A stretch of 64,000 nt of DNA. It comes from a virus. The position numbers and the translations under genes were made by a program. The notes below the pieces were generated by a model. It searched no databases, was not told where the DNA came from, and was given only the letters and a program-made list of their open reading frames with translations. Positions 63,301-64,000 of this stretch are shown one piece after another. Within the stretch, counting starts at the first letter, position 1; every line of letters starts with the position of its first letter. The DNA is taken from the IMG/VR virus record IMGVR_UViG_3300047445_000314, positions 35,207 to 99,206 of that record, one strand, 5' to 3'.

Positions 63301-63777
63301 ATGAAGCACGATATGTCGATAGATGTCGACTGGTTAGCGGACCGGCTCAAGCCACTTTTTGAAGGACAGCCAGTAGCATTGCAGCACCACACGCCGACCC
63401 GCGTGCGACCCAAGCGCGACCCCTATATCACCATCACGCCAGGCAGCTTACTCGGTTGGCCGCGCGAGGTATTCGTGGTATCGGTCATCGGCGAAGGTAG
63501 TTGCATGCTACGGCTGTACAGCAAACGGGAAGTGAGCAAGGCAAGGAAGGCGGGGCGCAAACTCAAGCCCAAGATCGCCGACCTGGTACGCGCCGGACTA
63601 TCGGCGAAATTAGCAGTCGTTTTAGTGACGACTTTACAGACCCTGATTGGGTTCACAAAGGAGAAAAGACATGGCAACAGCACGACGCAGCGCCCCAGCG
63701 CCCCGGCAAGACGATCCGCCAGCACGGCCAGCACGTTCGACCGGCCGCGACGGTGCACGCCCTTCCGCGAGGGGTGA
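63301..63777 (+). CDS. hypothetical protein
   Basis: RBS GGAG; 3' end overlaps the next gene. Confidence 0.5.
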   Translation: MKHDMSIDVDWLADRLKPLFEGQPVALQHHTPTRVRPKRDPYITITPGSLLGWPREVFVVSVIGEGSCMLRLYSKREVSKARKAGRKLKPKIADLVRAGLSAKLAVVLVTTLQTLIGFTKEKRHGNSTTQRPSAPARRSASTASTFDRPRRCTPFREG

Positions 63778-64000
63778 GCCAGCAGCCCCGGTACGTGCCA
63801 GCTATCGCGGCGCGGCGGGTATGCGCCAGATGGAAGAGGAACAGGTAGCGGCCGAGGCACGCAGCGAGGCGCGCAAGGCATCCTACGGCGCACCCTACCG
63901 CTACTTCTGCACGCCAGGAGAGAGCCGCGAGATCGTGATCGTCGACGAGAAACCGGACTTCTTCCGCCACGAGCACAACCTGCAAACGCGCGGCAGCAAG
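63671..64000 (+). CDS. probable single-stranded DNA-binding protein (5' part, truncated by window end)
   Basis: RBS AAGGAG; open to the end; RYFCTPGESREIVIVD...FRHEH resembles gp32-like SSBs; lies after primase. Confidence 0.5.
   Translation, partial: MATARRSAPAPRQDDPPARPARSTGRDGARPSARGEPAAPVRASYRGAAGMRQMEEEQVAAEARSEARKASYGAPYRYFCTPGESREIVIVDEKPDFFRHEHNLQTRGSK

Noticed and set aside
1-64000. tRNA, rRNA, integrase, transposase, reverse transcriptase/DGR, terminase
   Set aside because: No cloverleaf, catalytic motifs or TR/VR repeat pair was recognised by eye. Small RNAs could be missed without Infernal/tRNAscan.

Overview
This window is about 64 kb of a tailed dsDNA phage genome, roughly 60% GC by eye. 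It is siphovirus-type (long tape measure, tail tube, no sheath gene) and the host is Gram-negative (lambda-R-type endolysin plus embedded Rz/Rz1 spanins). Essentially all credible genes are on the + strand. Gene order: small early/accessory ORFs and nucleotide-metabolism genes (1-13.3 kb); SNase-like gene, portal, XkdF-type protease, scaffold and major capsid (13.5-18.5 kb); neck, tail, tape measure and a large tail-tip/fibre region (18.6-45.4 kb); lysis (45.5-47.4 kb); a Ycf46-like AAA+ ATPase with DUF1257/DUF2997-like partners (48.4-53.8 kb); and replication genes (initiator-like, degenerate loader, DnaB-like helicase, UDG-fused family A polymerase, primase, start of a probable SSB; 54-64 kb). 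I saw no terminase, integrase, tRNA or CRISPR array. The strongest unexplained signal is an AT-rich quasi-palindrome, (T)TTGMAATYRATTKCAA(A). I found 24 copies by eye, about one per 2.6 kb: 13 at gene junctions and 11 inside coding sequence, with no orientation bias. A second signal is a short Arg-rich peptide motif, R-[ILV]-x-R-[TS]-(x)-R-P, in the low-complexity tails of many unrelated proteins. All family assignments are from motif recognition by eye; no searches were run.
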